A stretch of DNA of 64,000 nt, taken from assembly GCA_013112575.1 (NCBI GenBank), contig JABFGG010000003.1, forward strand, positions 152,898-216,897, read 5' to 3'. The notes beneath the pieces were generated by a model that was not told where the DNA came from, made no database searches, and saw only the letters and a list, made by a program, of their open reading frames with translations. The DNA is from Chloroflexota bacterium (GTDB lineage Bacteria; Chloroflexota; Anaerolineae; Anaerolineales; UBA11579). Each line of letters starts with the position of its first letter. The first letter of the stretch is position 1. Shown here piece by piece: positions 9,784 to 18,765 of this stretch. The position numbers and the translations under genes were made by a program.

Positions 9784-10611
9784 TTATTCGGATGCAGCAG
9801 TTCCGGCTTCTAGTTCCTGCAAAAATGACAAGGTAGCTTCGACGATGGCAGCCTGCTGGGAATCGGCATCAATTGTGGGGGTGAAATCGTTACGCTGATT
9901 GCCATACCAAGCGTACTGGGCGTGGTTGCCCCCTTCTATTAAAACATACTCAGTACTGGCCGGGAGCAAGTATTTGTTGTCGGCAACTTCTTGCACGGTA
10001 ACGAGGCCATCTTGAGAAGCGTGGATAGAGATCACATCGATGGATTGGCTGGAAAGGTTTTGGTCTTCTGCCGGGTAGGCGGCCCATAAAACCAGTCCAT
10101 CCACGTCTTGAATATGCGTGTTGGTGAACTCGGCGGCGACCACGCCACCCAGCGAGTGCCCGCCCACGGCCCAGGTTTCGATATTGGGGAAAGCGGCAAT
10201 GACTGGTTCGGCGGCATTGGGTTGCCAATTGGCCAATGCAAAGCGCACAGGCAGCAGCACGACGAGATAGCCCTGCTCGGCAATATCCTGAGCGAGAGGG
10301 GCGTAAGCTCGCGGGTCAATACGTGCACCGGGGTAGAAGATCAGGCCGGTACGTGGTGTGCTGTTCGCTGGGGTAAAAACCACCCAGCGGTCGTCTTCAA
10401 CGGAAACCAGGTCACTTGATTCCAGGGCGGGTAGGGCCTCTGCAACGGGCTGACGGGCAAAATTGGCCCAACGATAAAACCGGTAGCCCGTTCGTGCCCC
10501 CAGATAGATGACGGGGATAAGGATGATTCCCAAGGCGATGAGTAGGAAACGTCTTCGTATAGACATAAGAACCTGTGTGACTGTTTCAGAAATTGGGCGC
10601 AATTCTAGCAT
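9784..10611 (-). CDS. membrane-anchored alpha/beta hydrolase
   Basis: N-terminal TM helix and the nucleophile elbow GGHSLGG. Confidence 0.75.
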   Translation of the reverse strand: MLELRPISETVTQVLMSIRRRFLLIALGIILIPVIYLGARTGYRFYRWANFARQPVAEALPALESSDLVSVEDDRWVVFTPANSTPRTGLIFYPGARIDPRAYAPLAQDIAEQGYLVVLLPVRFALANWQPNAAEPVIAAFPNIETWAVGGHSLGGVVAAEFTNTHIQDVDGLVLWAAYPAEDQNLSSQSIDVISIHASQDGLVTVQEVADNKYLLPASTEYVLIEGGNHAQYAWYGNQRNDFTPTIDADSQQAAIVEATLSFLQELEAGTAASE

Positions 10612-10759
10612 AGCCCTTTTTGGTGTTTATGAGCGACTCATGTGTAAATGGCAATAAGAATATGGGTATTGCAGGAATACCAGGGGATGGGCAAATGGAC
10701 CTATCCGCAATACAATGAAGCTGCAAAATGGATAGTGTGTGTAAGAGGAGAAGGAAGAA

Positions 10760-11677
10760 ATGAGAAAGGTTTTACTATTATTAGGTTTGAGTGTCTGGCT
10801 GCTGGCGGCCTGTAACTTTAGCGGGGGCCAGGCTGCTGATACATTAGATGTGAACGCGGCCAGTACACAAGTAGAGCTAACTGTAGCGGCCCAGTTTACC
10901 AGTGACCAGAGCGCGATTGAAACCATTGTAGCGGGGACTGCAGGGCCGGATGGGCAAGCGCCCCCTCCACCACCCCCGGATCAGAATCAGGATGAGCCAC
11001 CTCCACCCCCATCGCCTGAACCCACTGCCACCGAGACGGTTGCCGAAACGCCAACCGAAACAACAACACCGACCCCTCAACCAACCGCAACGCTCTCCGG
11101 GGATGACCCGAAAAAAGACCTGGGCGCGCCCAGTTGGACCGATAATTTTAGCAATAGTAATAACTGGTTTGGTTATGATGAAGGGGACTCAAAGGTCGAG
11201 GTCAAGGGAGGCAAGTTGGAATTCACCGTCAAGCCTGCCTCTTCTGGAACTTTATGGACTGTTGCCCTGCCGGATCTGAGTAACTTCTATATAGAAGTTA
11301 TTGCCAAGACACCTGCCGCGTGTAGTGGAAAGGATCGTTATGGTCTATTGTTGCGTGCGCCTGATCCCAGTAAAGGCATGATCTTTGAGTTCTCATGTGA
11401 TGGATCCTATCGCATCGCCAAATGGGATGGTGCCACCTGGAGTGAGATAAAAAGCTGGACAGCCAGCGGCAATATCAATGCCGGGCCAGACCAGACCAAT
11501 CGCATGGGCGTTAAGGCTGTGGGCAATACCTTCCAATTGTACGTAGATGGAGTTTTGTTAACCGAGGTGACGGACAACGAGTTCGGCTCCGGGCGTTTTG
11601 GGTTGGTGGCTGGCTCTGATGCGACGGCCAACCTGCTGATCGAGTTTGATGATATGGCCTATTGGAATTTGCCGTAG
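10760..11677 (+). CDS. lipoprotein with Pro-rich linker and C-terminal jelly-roll (DUF1080/LamG-like) domain, paralog 1
   Basis: Lipobox LLAAC, PPPPPPDQNQDEPPPPPSP linker. The C-terminal domain ends GRFGLVAGSD...FDDMAYWNLP, shared with the 13447, 14252 and 18766 genes. Confidence 0.7.
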   Translation: MRKVLLLLGLSVWLLAACNFSGGQAADTLDVNAASTQVELTVAAQFTSDQSAIETIVAGTAGPDGQAPPPPPPDQNQDEPPPPPSPEPTATETVAETPTETTTPTPQPTATLSGDDPKKDLGAPSWTDNFSNSNNWFGYDEGDSKVEVKGGKLEFTVKPASSGTLWTVALPDLSNFYIEVIAKTPAACSGKDRYGLLLRAPDPSKGMIFEFSCDGSYRIAKWDGATWSEIKSWTASGNINAGPDQTNRMGVKAVGNTFQLYVDGVLLTEVTDNEFGSGRFGLVAGSDATANLLIEFDDMAYWNLP

Positions 11678-11693
11678 ATATTCCTGAAATATA

Positions 11694-11723
11694 CAAAGAG
11701 ACCTGTCTTGACAGGTCTCTTTG
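11694..11723. terminator. bidirectional terminator between convergent genes
   Basis: 13-bp perfect stem CAAAGAGACCTGT/ACAGGTCTCTTTG, 4-nt loop, T-rich tail. Confidence 0.65.
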
Positions 11724-11726
11724 TTG

Positions 11727-13166
11727 TTAAGCGGTTGCCTGGGCGGCACGGCGCTCGTATTGCAGCCCGACAAAGCTGATAAACAAAGCGAGGCCGATCA
11801 GGGAGGCTGTTACAAGGAAGGTGTCTTGCATACCTCCCAGTTGGAAAACAGGGGAAGCGGTGGTGGCTCCGCCGGGTAAGGGGGCGTTGTTATAAGCTAG
11901 CGTACGAAAAGCCCAGAAAGCCCCGAGGAGGGCAATGCCGGTGGTTTGCCCCAGTGTGCGCGTGATGGAAAGCAGGCCCGAAGCGATGCCCAGGCGTTCA
12001 TTGGGGACGGCACCCATGATTGCGCTGTTATTAGGGGACTGGAAGATGCCCATGCCAATACCAATGGGTGCCATGCGCAGGAGATAACCGATTTCGCTAG
12101 TATCTGTGGAGAGGGTGGTCATGGCGAGATAGCCGGATGCGATAACCAGCAGTCCGGTAATGGTGATGGGGCGCGTGCCAAAGCGATCGGAAAGGGAACC
12201 GGAGATGGGTGCAGTGATGCCCATGGCAATGGGCACGATGGCGAACAGGATGCCAACTTTCTGGGTTGTGAATCCCAGAACATTCTCTAAATAAAAGGGT
12301 ACCAAAATGAGTGCCCCGGCAATACAGATAAATGTGAGCAGGCCGGTAGAGATATTGACGGTAAATAAGGTGGTGCGGAAGATGTGCAGGTCGATCATGG
12401 GCTGTTCGGCATGCATTTCTATATAAATGAAGATAAAGAGGAAAAGCACCCATACAGCCAGGAGAACCAGCACAAGCGGGTCGTTGAGGCCGAGATTTTG
12501 ACCGAGTGTCAGGCCTAGCAACAAAGCCAATAAACTGATGAATAGCGTGATCGCTCCAGCAAAATCAAAACGTTGGCCCCCTTCCGGGTGGAAGTCTGGA
12601 ATGAAACGCAGGGCCATGATCGTGCCGATAATGCCGATGGGCAGGTTAACAAAGAAGATCCAGTGCCAATTGAGGTTTTCAATGATGAAACCACCCAGCA
12701 CAGGACCAGTGACAATGCCAATAGAGACTAAGGAACCGTTGATGCCCAGGGCGCGGCCACGCTCCTGAGGGGGGAAGGATTCTGTGACGATGGCAAAGCC
12801 CAGGGCCAGGACCATGGAAGCTCCTACAGCCTGCACAACACGGAAGGCGATCAGCCAATGCACGGTGGGAGAGAAACCACATAATACGGAACCGATGGTG
12901 AAAACCACGAAGCCAGCAGTGAAGATCTGCTTTTTACCGATCATGTCTCCCAGGCGACCAACACTGAGCATGAGGGTGGTTTGGGTGAGGAGGTAAGCGA
13001 GGACAACCCATTGCACTGTGGGGAAGTCGGTTTGCAGCTCGCGCACGAGTGTGGGCAGGGACACGTTGACGATCGAACCATCGACCGTGGCAAGAAAAAG
13101 ACTCATGCCGACAGCTGCCATAACGTACCATTTGCGCGAATAATCCACTGCTTGGGAAGCTTGCAT
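11727..13166 (-). CDS. MFS transporter, DHA2 (EmrB/QacA-type, 14-TMS) drug:H+ antiporter family
   Basis: 479 aa, about 14 hydrophobic segments, GRLGDMIGKK motif in loop 2-3. Confidence 0.85.
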   Translation of the reverse strand: MQASQAVDYSRKWYVMAAVGMSLFLATVDGSIVNVSLPTLVRELQTDFPTVQWVVLAYLLTQTTLMLSVGRLGDMIGKKQIFTAGFVVFTIGSVLCGFSPTVHWLIAFRVVQAVGASMVLALGFAIVTESFPPQERGRALGINGSLVSIGIVTGPVLGGFIIENLNWHWIFFVNLPIGIIGTIMALRFIPDFHPEGGQRFDFAGAITLFISLLALLLGLTLGQNLGLNDPLVLVLLAVWVLFLFIFIYIEMHAEQPMIDLHIFRTTLFTVNISTGLLTFICIAGALILVPFYLENVLGFTTQKVGILFAIVPIAMGITAPISGSLSDRFGTRPITITGLLVIASGYLAMTTLSTDTSEIGYLLRMAPIGIGMGIFQSPNNSAIMGAVPNERLGIASGLLSITRTLGQTTGIALLGAFWAFRTLAYNNAPLPGGATTASPVFQLGGMQDTFLVTASLIGLALFISFVGLQYERRAAQATA

Positions 13167-13335
13167 ACCTGTCCTTAAAAAGAGAAGGGACGAACCGGGT
13201 CCGCCCCAACGAATATGGTAATTTTATCAGGGAAATAAACTGCTCAGGCTGAGCGGTGTATCTGCTGCTTCATTAACCTTGCTTAGTTACAAGCTGACGG
13301 CAAAATGTTCTGAGATTCACAGGCCATTTATAATT

Positions 13336-13371
13336 AAAATTGTGTAACCTTTTAGTACTAGTTTACGTTAT
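13336..13371 (+). promoter_or_regulatory. candidate ECF-type promoter AAAATTG-TGTAAC-N17-CGTTAT
   Basis: TGTAAC at 13343-13348 and CGTTAT at 13366-13371. Same architecture and flanks as the motifs upstream of the sigma fusion and both beta-helix genes. Confidence 0.4.
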
Positions 13372-13446
13372 TTGGGCATATATCTATTTTGGTGTGCAAT
13401 TGTTTCTGATACAATTGCGCCCAATTTTTAATTCGAGGAGGAAGAA

Positions 13447-14121
13447 GTGAAACCTTTGAAACAAACCCGTTTATTCTTTTTTGGTCTGGCGATATTGCTG
13501 GCCTCTGTAGCCTGTGGCCTGGGTGATGTAACCGGCTTGATCGGTGGAGGCGGGGCATCTGGCCCAGAAGGCTCTGTATACTATGATGACTTTTCGAGTA
13601 CGTCGAGTGGTTGGGCCCAGTATGATGACTTCGATGGCATCAATGACTACGCCGATGGCACTTACCGTATCCTGGTGAACGACACTGAGTATTTCTCCTG
13701 GAGCATCATCGACGAAACTTTCAGTGATGCCAGTATTGAAGTTCAGGTTGTGGGAATGGGCGGCCCCTTTGATGCCGAGGCTGGCATTATATGCCGCTAT
13801 GTGGACGATAATAATTTCTATTTAATGACCATCACTGCGGATGGGTTCTATGCCATTTCGAAGTTCGTCAATAATGAATTCACAGCGCTAACCGGTAATG
13901 GTGATTACGCTGAAAGCAGCCTTATCAATCAGGGTAATTCGAGCAATGCCTTGCGTGCGGACTGTGTTGGTTCAACTCTGAGCCTGTATGTGAATGGGAC
14001 ACTGGTGGACTCGGTAACTGACTCGTCTTTAACCAGTGGTGATGTTGGTCTGGTAGCCGGTACGTTCACCGAACCGGGGTCTGATATCATTTTCGACGAC
14101 TTTACTGTTTATAACCCCTAA
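13447..14121 (+). CDS. lipoprotein consisting of the jelly-roll domain alone, paralog 2
   Basis: GTG start after GAGGAGGAAGAA. Lipobox LASVAC. Ends GDVGLVAGTFTEPGSDIIFDDFTVYNP. Confidence 0.7.
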   Translation: MKPLKQTRLFFFGLAILLASVACGLGDVTGLIGGGGASGPEGSVYYDDFSSTSSGWAQYDDFDGINDYADGTYRILVNDTEYFSWSIIDETFSDASIEVQVVGMGGPFDAEAGIICRYVDDNNFYLMTITADGFYAISKFVNNEFTALTGNGDYAESSLINQGNSSNALRADCVGSTLSLYVNGTLVDSVTDSSLTSGDVGLVAGTFTEPGSDIIFDDFTVYNP

Positions 14122-14142
14122 GAAATAGAGTTCAAAAATAAT

Positions 14143-14170
14143 AAAACGCCCGGCATCGCCGGGCGTTTTT
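14143..14170 (+). terminator. rho-independent terminator
   Basis: AAAACGCCCGG-CATCG-CCGGGCGTTTTT, a GC-rich stem plus T5. Confidence 0.8.
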
Positions 14171-14251
14171 GCTTTTACAAGCTATTTCATTTAATATGCA
14201 GTCATATGCCGCCCGGATTGCACGAATTGGGTATGCGGTGTAAAGTGGGGC

Positions 14252-15532
14252 ATGATGTTCAAGCAATGTGTGACCTTGCATAAATCCTGGTTTTCTATCC
14301 TTCTGCTGGCATTTTTTATAGGTGCCTGTGCAGCCCCGCCTACCGCGGAAGAGGATAAATCCTTGCCGGTTTTGCCTACCCTGCCAACCGAAGAAGAAGA
14401 TGTGCTTGCGCCTCCCGCTTTGGTGGTTCCTGAGGAAGAAGTCAATCCCATAGAAGAAAGCAGCGGACAACAAAGCCCTCAAGAATTGCTGGAGGCCGGC
14501 AATGCTGCAGAAGTGGCAGGTGATCTCGAGTCTGCATTGGGCTATTATGACCTGGCAATCCAGACAGCTCCAGAATACCCGGAAGCGTATTACACGCGGG
14601 CGCGTTTGTTCGCCGATTTGGCCCAGCCCTTGCTGGCGATAGAAGACTATAACCGGGCTATCGAACTGCAGCCGCAATGGGCATTAGCTTTCTATGGGCG
14701 CGGCGTGGCTTATTTTAATGCGGGAGACGGACAGCAGGCTGTGCTGGACCTGTCGGAAGCGATCCGCATCGATCCCACTATTGCCGAGGCCTACCGCGAT
14801 CGCGCCATTGTGGAACGCGGTTTGTACCTGCCCGAGTCGGTGATCGCTGATTTGCAAGTGTATCTGGCGCTGGCCCCTGATGCAGAAGACCGGCCGGATA
14901 TTGAAGCCTTGATTGGTGAATTGGAAGATGAGATTCTGCGCCTTGAAGTTTCTACGGAAGGCTTACCCTTTTTTGACGATTTCAGTGACAACTTGGCAAG
15001 CTGGTTCGACTCTACCGTACCGGAGTTGGGTGAAGTGGGCGAGGGCAAGCTGGACAGCGGCGGCTATCGTATTACCGTTGATGATGATCGTTTTGCCATT
15101 TGGGCGCGTACCGGGGCAAGTTTTACTGATATAGCTATTAATGTAGATGCGACCAAAGTTGGGGGGGATGATGATAATTTTTATGGTGTGATCTGTCGCT
15201 ATCAGAATATTGAGAATTTTTATGCTCTACTGGTGAGCAGTGATGGCTTCTATGGCATCGCCAAACGCCTTGACGGGGGTTCATTGGAGGCTTTCCGCGG
15301 TGGTCTGGAGCCAAGTGATGTGATCAATAAGGGCAGCGGGACCAATCGCATTCGGGCAGTGTGTGCACAGAGTACGATCAAGCTGTACGTCAATGATGTG
15401 TTGTTGATGCAGGTCACGGATAGCTCGATTCCCTTTGGGGACGTGGCGATGATCGCGGGTACTTACGATGTGCCCGGTACGGATATCCTGTTTGACAATT
15501 GGCAGGTAGAAGCGGCTTTGCCAACAGATTGA
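14252..15532 (+). CDS. lipoprotein with TPR repeats and C-terminal jelly-roll domain, paralog 3
   Basis: Lipobox FIGAC. About 4 TPR units (AYYTRARLF..., AFYGRGVAYF..., AYRDRAIV). Ends GDVAMIAGTYDVPGTDILFDNWQVEAALP. Confidence 0.75.
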   Translation: MMFKQCVTLHKSWFSILLLAFFIGACAAPPTAEEDKSLPVLPTLPTEEEDVLAPPALVVPEEEVNPIEESSGQQSPQELLEAGNAAEVAGDLESALGYYDLAIQTAPEYPEAYYTRARLFADLAQPLLAIEDYNRAIELQPQWALAFYGRGVAYFNAGDGQQAVLDLSEAIRIDPTIAEAYRDRAIVERGLYLPESVIADLQVYLALAPDAEDRPDIEALIGELEDEILRLEVSTEGLPFFDDFSDNLASWFDSTVPELGEVGEGKLDSGGYRITVDDDRFAIWARTGASFTDIAINVDATKVGGDDDNFYGVICRYQNIENFYALLVSSDGFYGIAKRLDGGSLEAFRGGLEPSDVINKGSGTNRIRAVCAQSTIKLYVNDVLLMQVTDSSIPFGDVAMIAGTYDVPGTDILFDNWQVEAALPTD

Positions 15533-15571
15533 TTTGAGTAATTGGGTTTTACAGCTATTGATTTGATATAT

Positions 15572-15604
15572 AAAGACCAGCCCAACGGCTGGTCTTTCCT
15601 TTTG
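15572..15604 (+). terminator. rho-independent terminator
   Basis: AAAGACCAGCC-CAAC-GGCTGGTCTTT followed by CCTTTTG. Confidence 0.7.
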
Positions 15605-15702
15605 CTGACTCCTTACATAGACGACGGCAGTCCGCATCTACGCTAAATGTCTTTGAGGCATGGGTAACCACCAGGTTCACTTCTGTTGCTTCCAAACTGC
15701 CC

Positions 15703-15733
15703 TTGACTTTAACCCTACGTCAAACTCCATAAT
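15703..15733 (+). promoter_or_regulatory. MerR-type promoter/operator P1 (TTGACT-19 nt-CATAAT with TTGAC...GTCAA dyad)
   Basis: The 19-nt spacer and internal dyad are read directly. Near-identical to P2 at 15984. Confidence 0.55.
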
Positions 15734-15739
15734 GACGGA

Positions 15740-15881
15740 ATGCTTTGCAATCAGCATGGATATGATGGATAACCATGCCGTCACCTGGCTGCACGTAATA
15801 CCTGAGCGCAGTTACGGACGCCATTAGAAAAACCCGCTCCAAAGATAAAGCAGCCACTACCGTAAGGACGTGGCTGTTTTT
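15740..15881 (+). other. short transcript predicted from P1 to a terminator (possible sRNA or 23-codon ORF 15756..15827)
   Basis: Bounded by P1 and the hairpin at 15851-15881. The ATG at 15756 opens a 23-codon frame (MDMMDNHAVTWLHVIPERSYGRH) with no clear RBS. Confidence 0.3.
15851..15881 (+). terminator. rho-independent terminator
   Basis: CAGCCAC-loop-GTGGCTG followed by TTTTT. Confidence 0.6.
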
Positions 15882-15983
15882 GATTCTAATGAGTAAGGAC
15901 AGGTGGCGAGGCTTTACATCGCTTATACCTGCCCTAACCCTTTTAATCCTCTGGGTTCTAACGTAATATTTATAAATCGGGGG

Positions 15984-16014
15984 TTGACCTTAACACTGTG
16001 TCAAACTCTATAAT
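15984..16014 (+). promoter_or_regulatory. MerR-type promoter/operator P2 (TTGACC-19 nt-TATAAT with TTGAC...GTCAA dyad)
   Basis: The 19-nt spacer is the hallmark of MerR-activated promoters. Lies immediately upstream of the merR-like gene. Confidence 0.65.
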
Positions 16015-16042
16015 GAGCGCAGTTAATACAAAAGAGGTAAAC

Positions 16043-16909
16043 ATGTTCCAAATTGGTGAGTTCTCCAAAATCGCAAGAGTGACAACCCGCATGCTGCGGC
16101 ATTACGACAAGCTGGGGCTGTTGACGCCCGACAAGATTGATGAGCAGACAGGCTACCGCTACTACAGCGCCCAGCAATTGCCACGCTTGAACCGCATCAT
16201 TGCCCTCAAAGACCTGGGACTCACCCTGGACCAGATTGGGCGCTTGCTGGAAGAAAGCATTTCCGCCGACGAGATCCGCGGCATGTTGATGATGAAGAAA
16301 GCGGAGATCGAACAAACACTGGCGGATGAAGTGGAGCGTTTGCGTTCGGTGGAGTCACGTTTGGTGCAGGTGGAACAAGAAGGGGTGCTGCCGGACGTGG
16401 AAGTGATATTAAAGAGTGTGCCGAAGAAGCGACTCCTTGCGGTCAGGGAGATCTGCCACAATGGCCTCCCGGACGCCCTGGCACTGTTCAAGGAGATCAC
16501 TATGGCTTTGCCGGCCCACGTTGACCAGAACATATTGGGGCAGTTTGTGGCACTTTCGCATTCAGAGACGTTTTTGAGCAAAGACATTGACGTAGAAATT
16601 GGTGTCTTCATTGAAGACCAGGATTATGAGGGTGAAGTAAACCTACCCGGTGGGGAAACCATGGTGTTACGGGAATTGCCAGCCGTAGAACTGATGGCCA
16701 CAATGATCGCGGTGGGTGCGCCGGATAAACGCCATATCGGCTATGGCAACCTGGGGCTCTGGGCAGAGGCCAATGGCTATGCTATTGTGGGCAACGAACG
16801 CGAAATCATCATAGAGCCGCCGCTGCCCGGCAGAGAGGAAGAGGGGGTAGTCGAAATTCAATTACCGGTGAAGAAGATCGAGGAAGAATCCATTCGTTTA
16901 TTACCCTGA
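16043..16909 (+). CDS. MerR-family transcriptional regulator with GyrI-like (BmrR/TipA-type) effector domain
   Basis: MFQIGEFSKIARVTTRMLRHYDKLGLL HTH, coiled-coil, then a GyrI-like C-terminal half. The ATG at 16043 follows AAAGAGG. The track start at 15998 lies inside the promoter. Confidence 0.85.
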   Translation: MFQIGEFSKIARVTTRMLRHYDKLGLLTPDKIDEQTGYRYYSAQQLPRLNRIIALKDLGLTLDQIGRLLEESISADEIRGMLMMKKAEIEQTLADEVERLRSVESRLVQVEQEGVLPDVEVILKSVPKKRLLAVREICHNGLPDALALFKEITMALPAHVDQNILGQFVALSHSETFLSKDIDVEIGVFIEDQDYEGEVNLPGGETMVLRELPAVELMATMIAVGAPDKRHIGYGNLGLWAEANGYAIVGNEREIIIEPPLPGREEEGVVEIQLPVKKIEEESIRLLP

Positions 16910-16955
16910 AGCGCGCAACAGGGTGATCTTAAAAACCAATTACAGGAGCGAATTA

Positions 16956-17465
16956 ATGATGACCAATTTGTATTATGAAGCCAAAACCAGCGCCTCTCCT
17001 GAGAAGATCTGGGAGATCCTGGCAGACCTGGGTGGGGTAATGTACTTCCATCCTTACGTGGAGAATTCGTATTACATCTCCGAGGATAAGGAAGGGGTGG
17101 GCGCAGCGCGCATCTGTGAATTCTTCAATGGGATGAAGATTGAAGAGACGGCGGCAGACTGGCAGCCCGGAAAGTCCTACACAGTTAATGTAGCCATGTT
17201 GGCGGGGATGACGCCGCCCATCGATACGCCTACGGGCGAACTGGGTCTGGAAGCTGATAGTGATGGCACTTGCATCTATATGCGCATTACTTACACCCCC
17301 AGGTACGGGTTGCTCGGCAGGGTCATGGATCGTGTGATGATTCGCAGGCAGTATGAAAAGATGATCCCCAATATCCTGCGGGGCCTCAAGCACTACGCCG
17401 AGACCGGTGAAGTGGTGGACTACGAAGTGTTCAAAAAACTTGAAAGCATTCCAACGGCTGTATAG
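16956..17465 (+). CDS. SRPBCC (polyketide cyclase/dehydrase-like) ligand-binding protein
   Basis: About 170 aa, START/Bet v1-like pattern. AGGAG lies 8 nt before the ATG at 16956. Confidence 0.65.
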   Translation: MMTNLYYEAKTSASPEKIWEILADLGGVMYFHPYVENSYYISEDKEGVGAARICEFFNGMKIEETAADWQPGKSYTVNVAMLAGMTPPIDTPTGELGLEADSDGTCIYMRITYTPRYGLLGRVMDRVMIRRQYEKMIPNILRGLKHYAETGEVVDYEVFKKLESIPTAV

Positions 17466-17508
17466 CGATTGGAATTACAAATATGAATAGAAGGAATAGA
17501 GTGCAAAC

Positions 17509-18324
17509 ATGAACGATTTCAAACAAACCTACGGTCCCTGGGCCGTGGTGACTGGAGCATCCTCCGGTATCGGTGAAGAATTTGCCCGCCAACTGGCATC
17601 GAAAGGATTGAACCTGGTGTTAGTAGCGCGGCGAAAGGAAAAACTGGATGCGTTGGGAGAAGAACTGTGCATGCAGCATGGCATCGACTATCGCAGCGCC
17701 AAAGTTGACCTTGCGGATACCGGTATTTTGGACGCAATTGAAACTGCAACGCATGACCTGGATATTGGTTTGCTGGTTTCGAATGCCGGATATGCCAAGA
17801 TGGGCGAGTTCCTTACCTTGCCTGCCGAAGAGCTGGAAAAGATGCTGCGCCTGAACGTGGTCACGCATATGGAATTGAGCCACTACTTTGGCAACCGCAT
17901 GGTCTCTAAGGGACGCAAAGGCGGTTTGCTACTAGTGTCATCCATGGCTGCTTTCCAGGGTGTGCCCTACCTGGCGAATTATTCTGGGGCTAAATCCTAT
18001 ATCCTCAATTTAGGGGAATCATTGAACAATGAGTTGAAGGACAAGGGCATCGATGTCTCGGTGTTGGTTCCTGGACCAACAGATACTGAGATGATGACCA
18101 GTGTGGATGCCGATATGAGCAGTATGCCGATGCCAGCTATGCCAGCCTCGCAAGCTGTTAAAGAGGCTCTACAGGCTCTGGAGCGTAACAAGCCTTATCT
18201 TGTTCCGGGAACATTGAACCGCTTGATGGTGGGGCTGATGGGACGACGGTTGTTAACACGCGGTGCTAACGTAAAAATGTGGGGGACGATAATGAAGCGC
18301 ACCTTGCTTCCCGTGAGCCGTTAA
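17509..18324 (+). CDS. short-chain dehydrogenase/reductase (SDR)
   Basis: TGASSGIG cofactor motif and YSGAKSY catalytic YxxxK. Confidence 0.85.
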   Translation: MNDFKQTYGPWAVVTGASSGIGEEFARQLASKGLNLVLVARRKEKLDALGEELCMQHGIDYRSAKVDLADTGILDAIETATHDLDIGLLVSNAGYAKMGEFLTLPAEELEKMLRLNVVTHMELSHYFGNRMVSKGRKGGLLLVSSMAAFQGVPYLANYSGAKSYILNLGESLNNELKDKGIDVSVLVPGPTDTEMMTSVDADMSSMPMPAMPASQAVKEALQALERNKPYLVPGTLNRLMVGLMGRRLLTRGANVKMWGTIMKRTLLPVSR

Positions 18325-18342
18325 AGATGTGCAATTTGTAAT

Positions 18343-18374
18343 AAAAAGCTCCGACATATTGTCGGAGCTTTTTT
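18343..18374. terminator. bidirectional terminator (SDR gene / cold-shock gene)
   Basis: AAAAAGCTCCGAC-ATATT-GTCGGAGCTTTTT. Confidence 0.75.
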
Positions 18375-18391
18375 GATTCTTGGAAAGAGCT

Positions 18392-18610
18392 TTATTCTAT
18401 TCCCCGCACTTCATGGGCTTCCGGGCCATTCTCACCTACTGTGAGTTGAAACTCGACGCGCTGCTCCGCCAAGAGGGCACGTTGCTCTTCATCTCCAATG
18501 ATGGCATTGAAGCGCACGTAGACGTCACCACCACCATCATCACGGACAATGAAGCCGTAACCCATGGTGGTGTTGAACCATTTGACTGTGCCGGTGTAAA
18601 TCTCTGTCAT
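18392..18610 (-). CDS. cold-shock protein (CspA family)
   Basis: GTVKWFNTTMGYGFI (RNP1) and VYVRFNAI (RNP2-like); 72 aa. Confidence 0.9.
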   Translation of the reverse strand: MTEIYTGTVKWFNTTMGYGFIVRDDGGGDVYVRFNAIIGDEEQRALLAEQRVEFQLTVGENGPEAHEVRGIE

Positions 18611-18765
18611 GGTAAACCTAGTATTTTTAGAATTAGTATTGAATTTTCATGGTTGATGAGCTGTTTGTCAAGCTTACACATCACTAAGCTAATTGATATG
18701 GCTCATTGGCTAAGGTATAGTTAGACTGAGGTAGTTGGTTGGGAGGCCCATTGCAAGGAGCGGAT

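Noticed and set aside
10960-11100. Pro/Thr-rich repetitive DNA (also 20200-20260, 23330-23370, 28700-28760) as possible tandem repeats or CRISPR-like arrays
   Set aside because: These are in-frame PT/PP linkers of secreted proteins. They have no regular repeat-spacer periodicity.
14132-14677. 181-aa minus-strand ORF
   Set aside because: It runs through a strong rho-independent terminator and overlaps the start of the TPR lipoprotein gene. Its Arg/Phe-rich sequence has no features.
15998-16042. Track start codon (GTG 15998) of the MerR gene
   Set aside because: It lies inside the -35/-10 spacer of the gene's own promoter. The ATG at 16043 has an RBS and begins exactly at the HTH.
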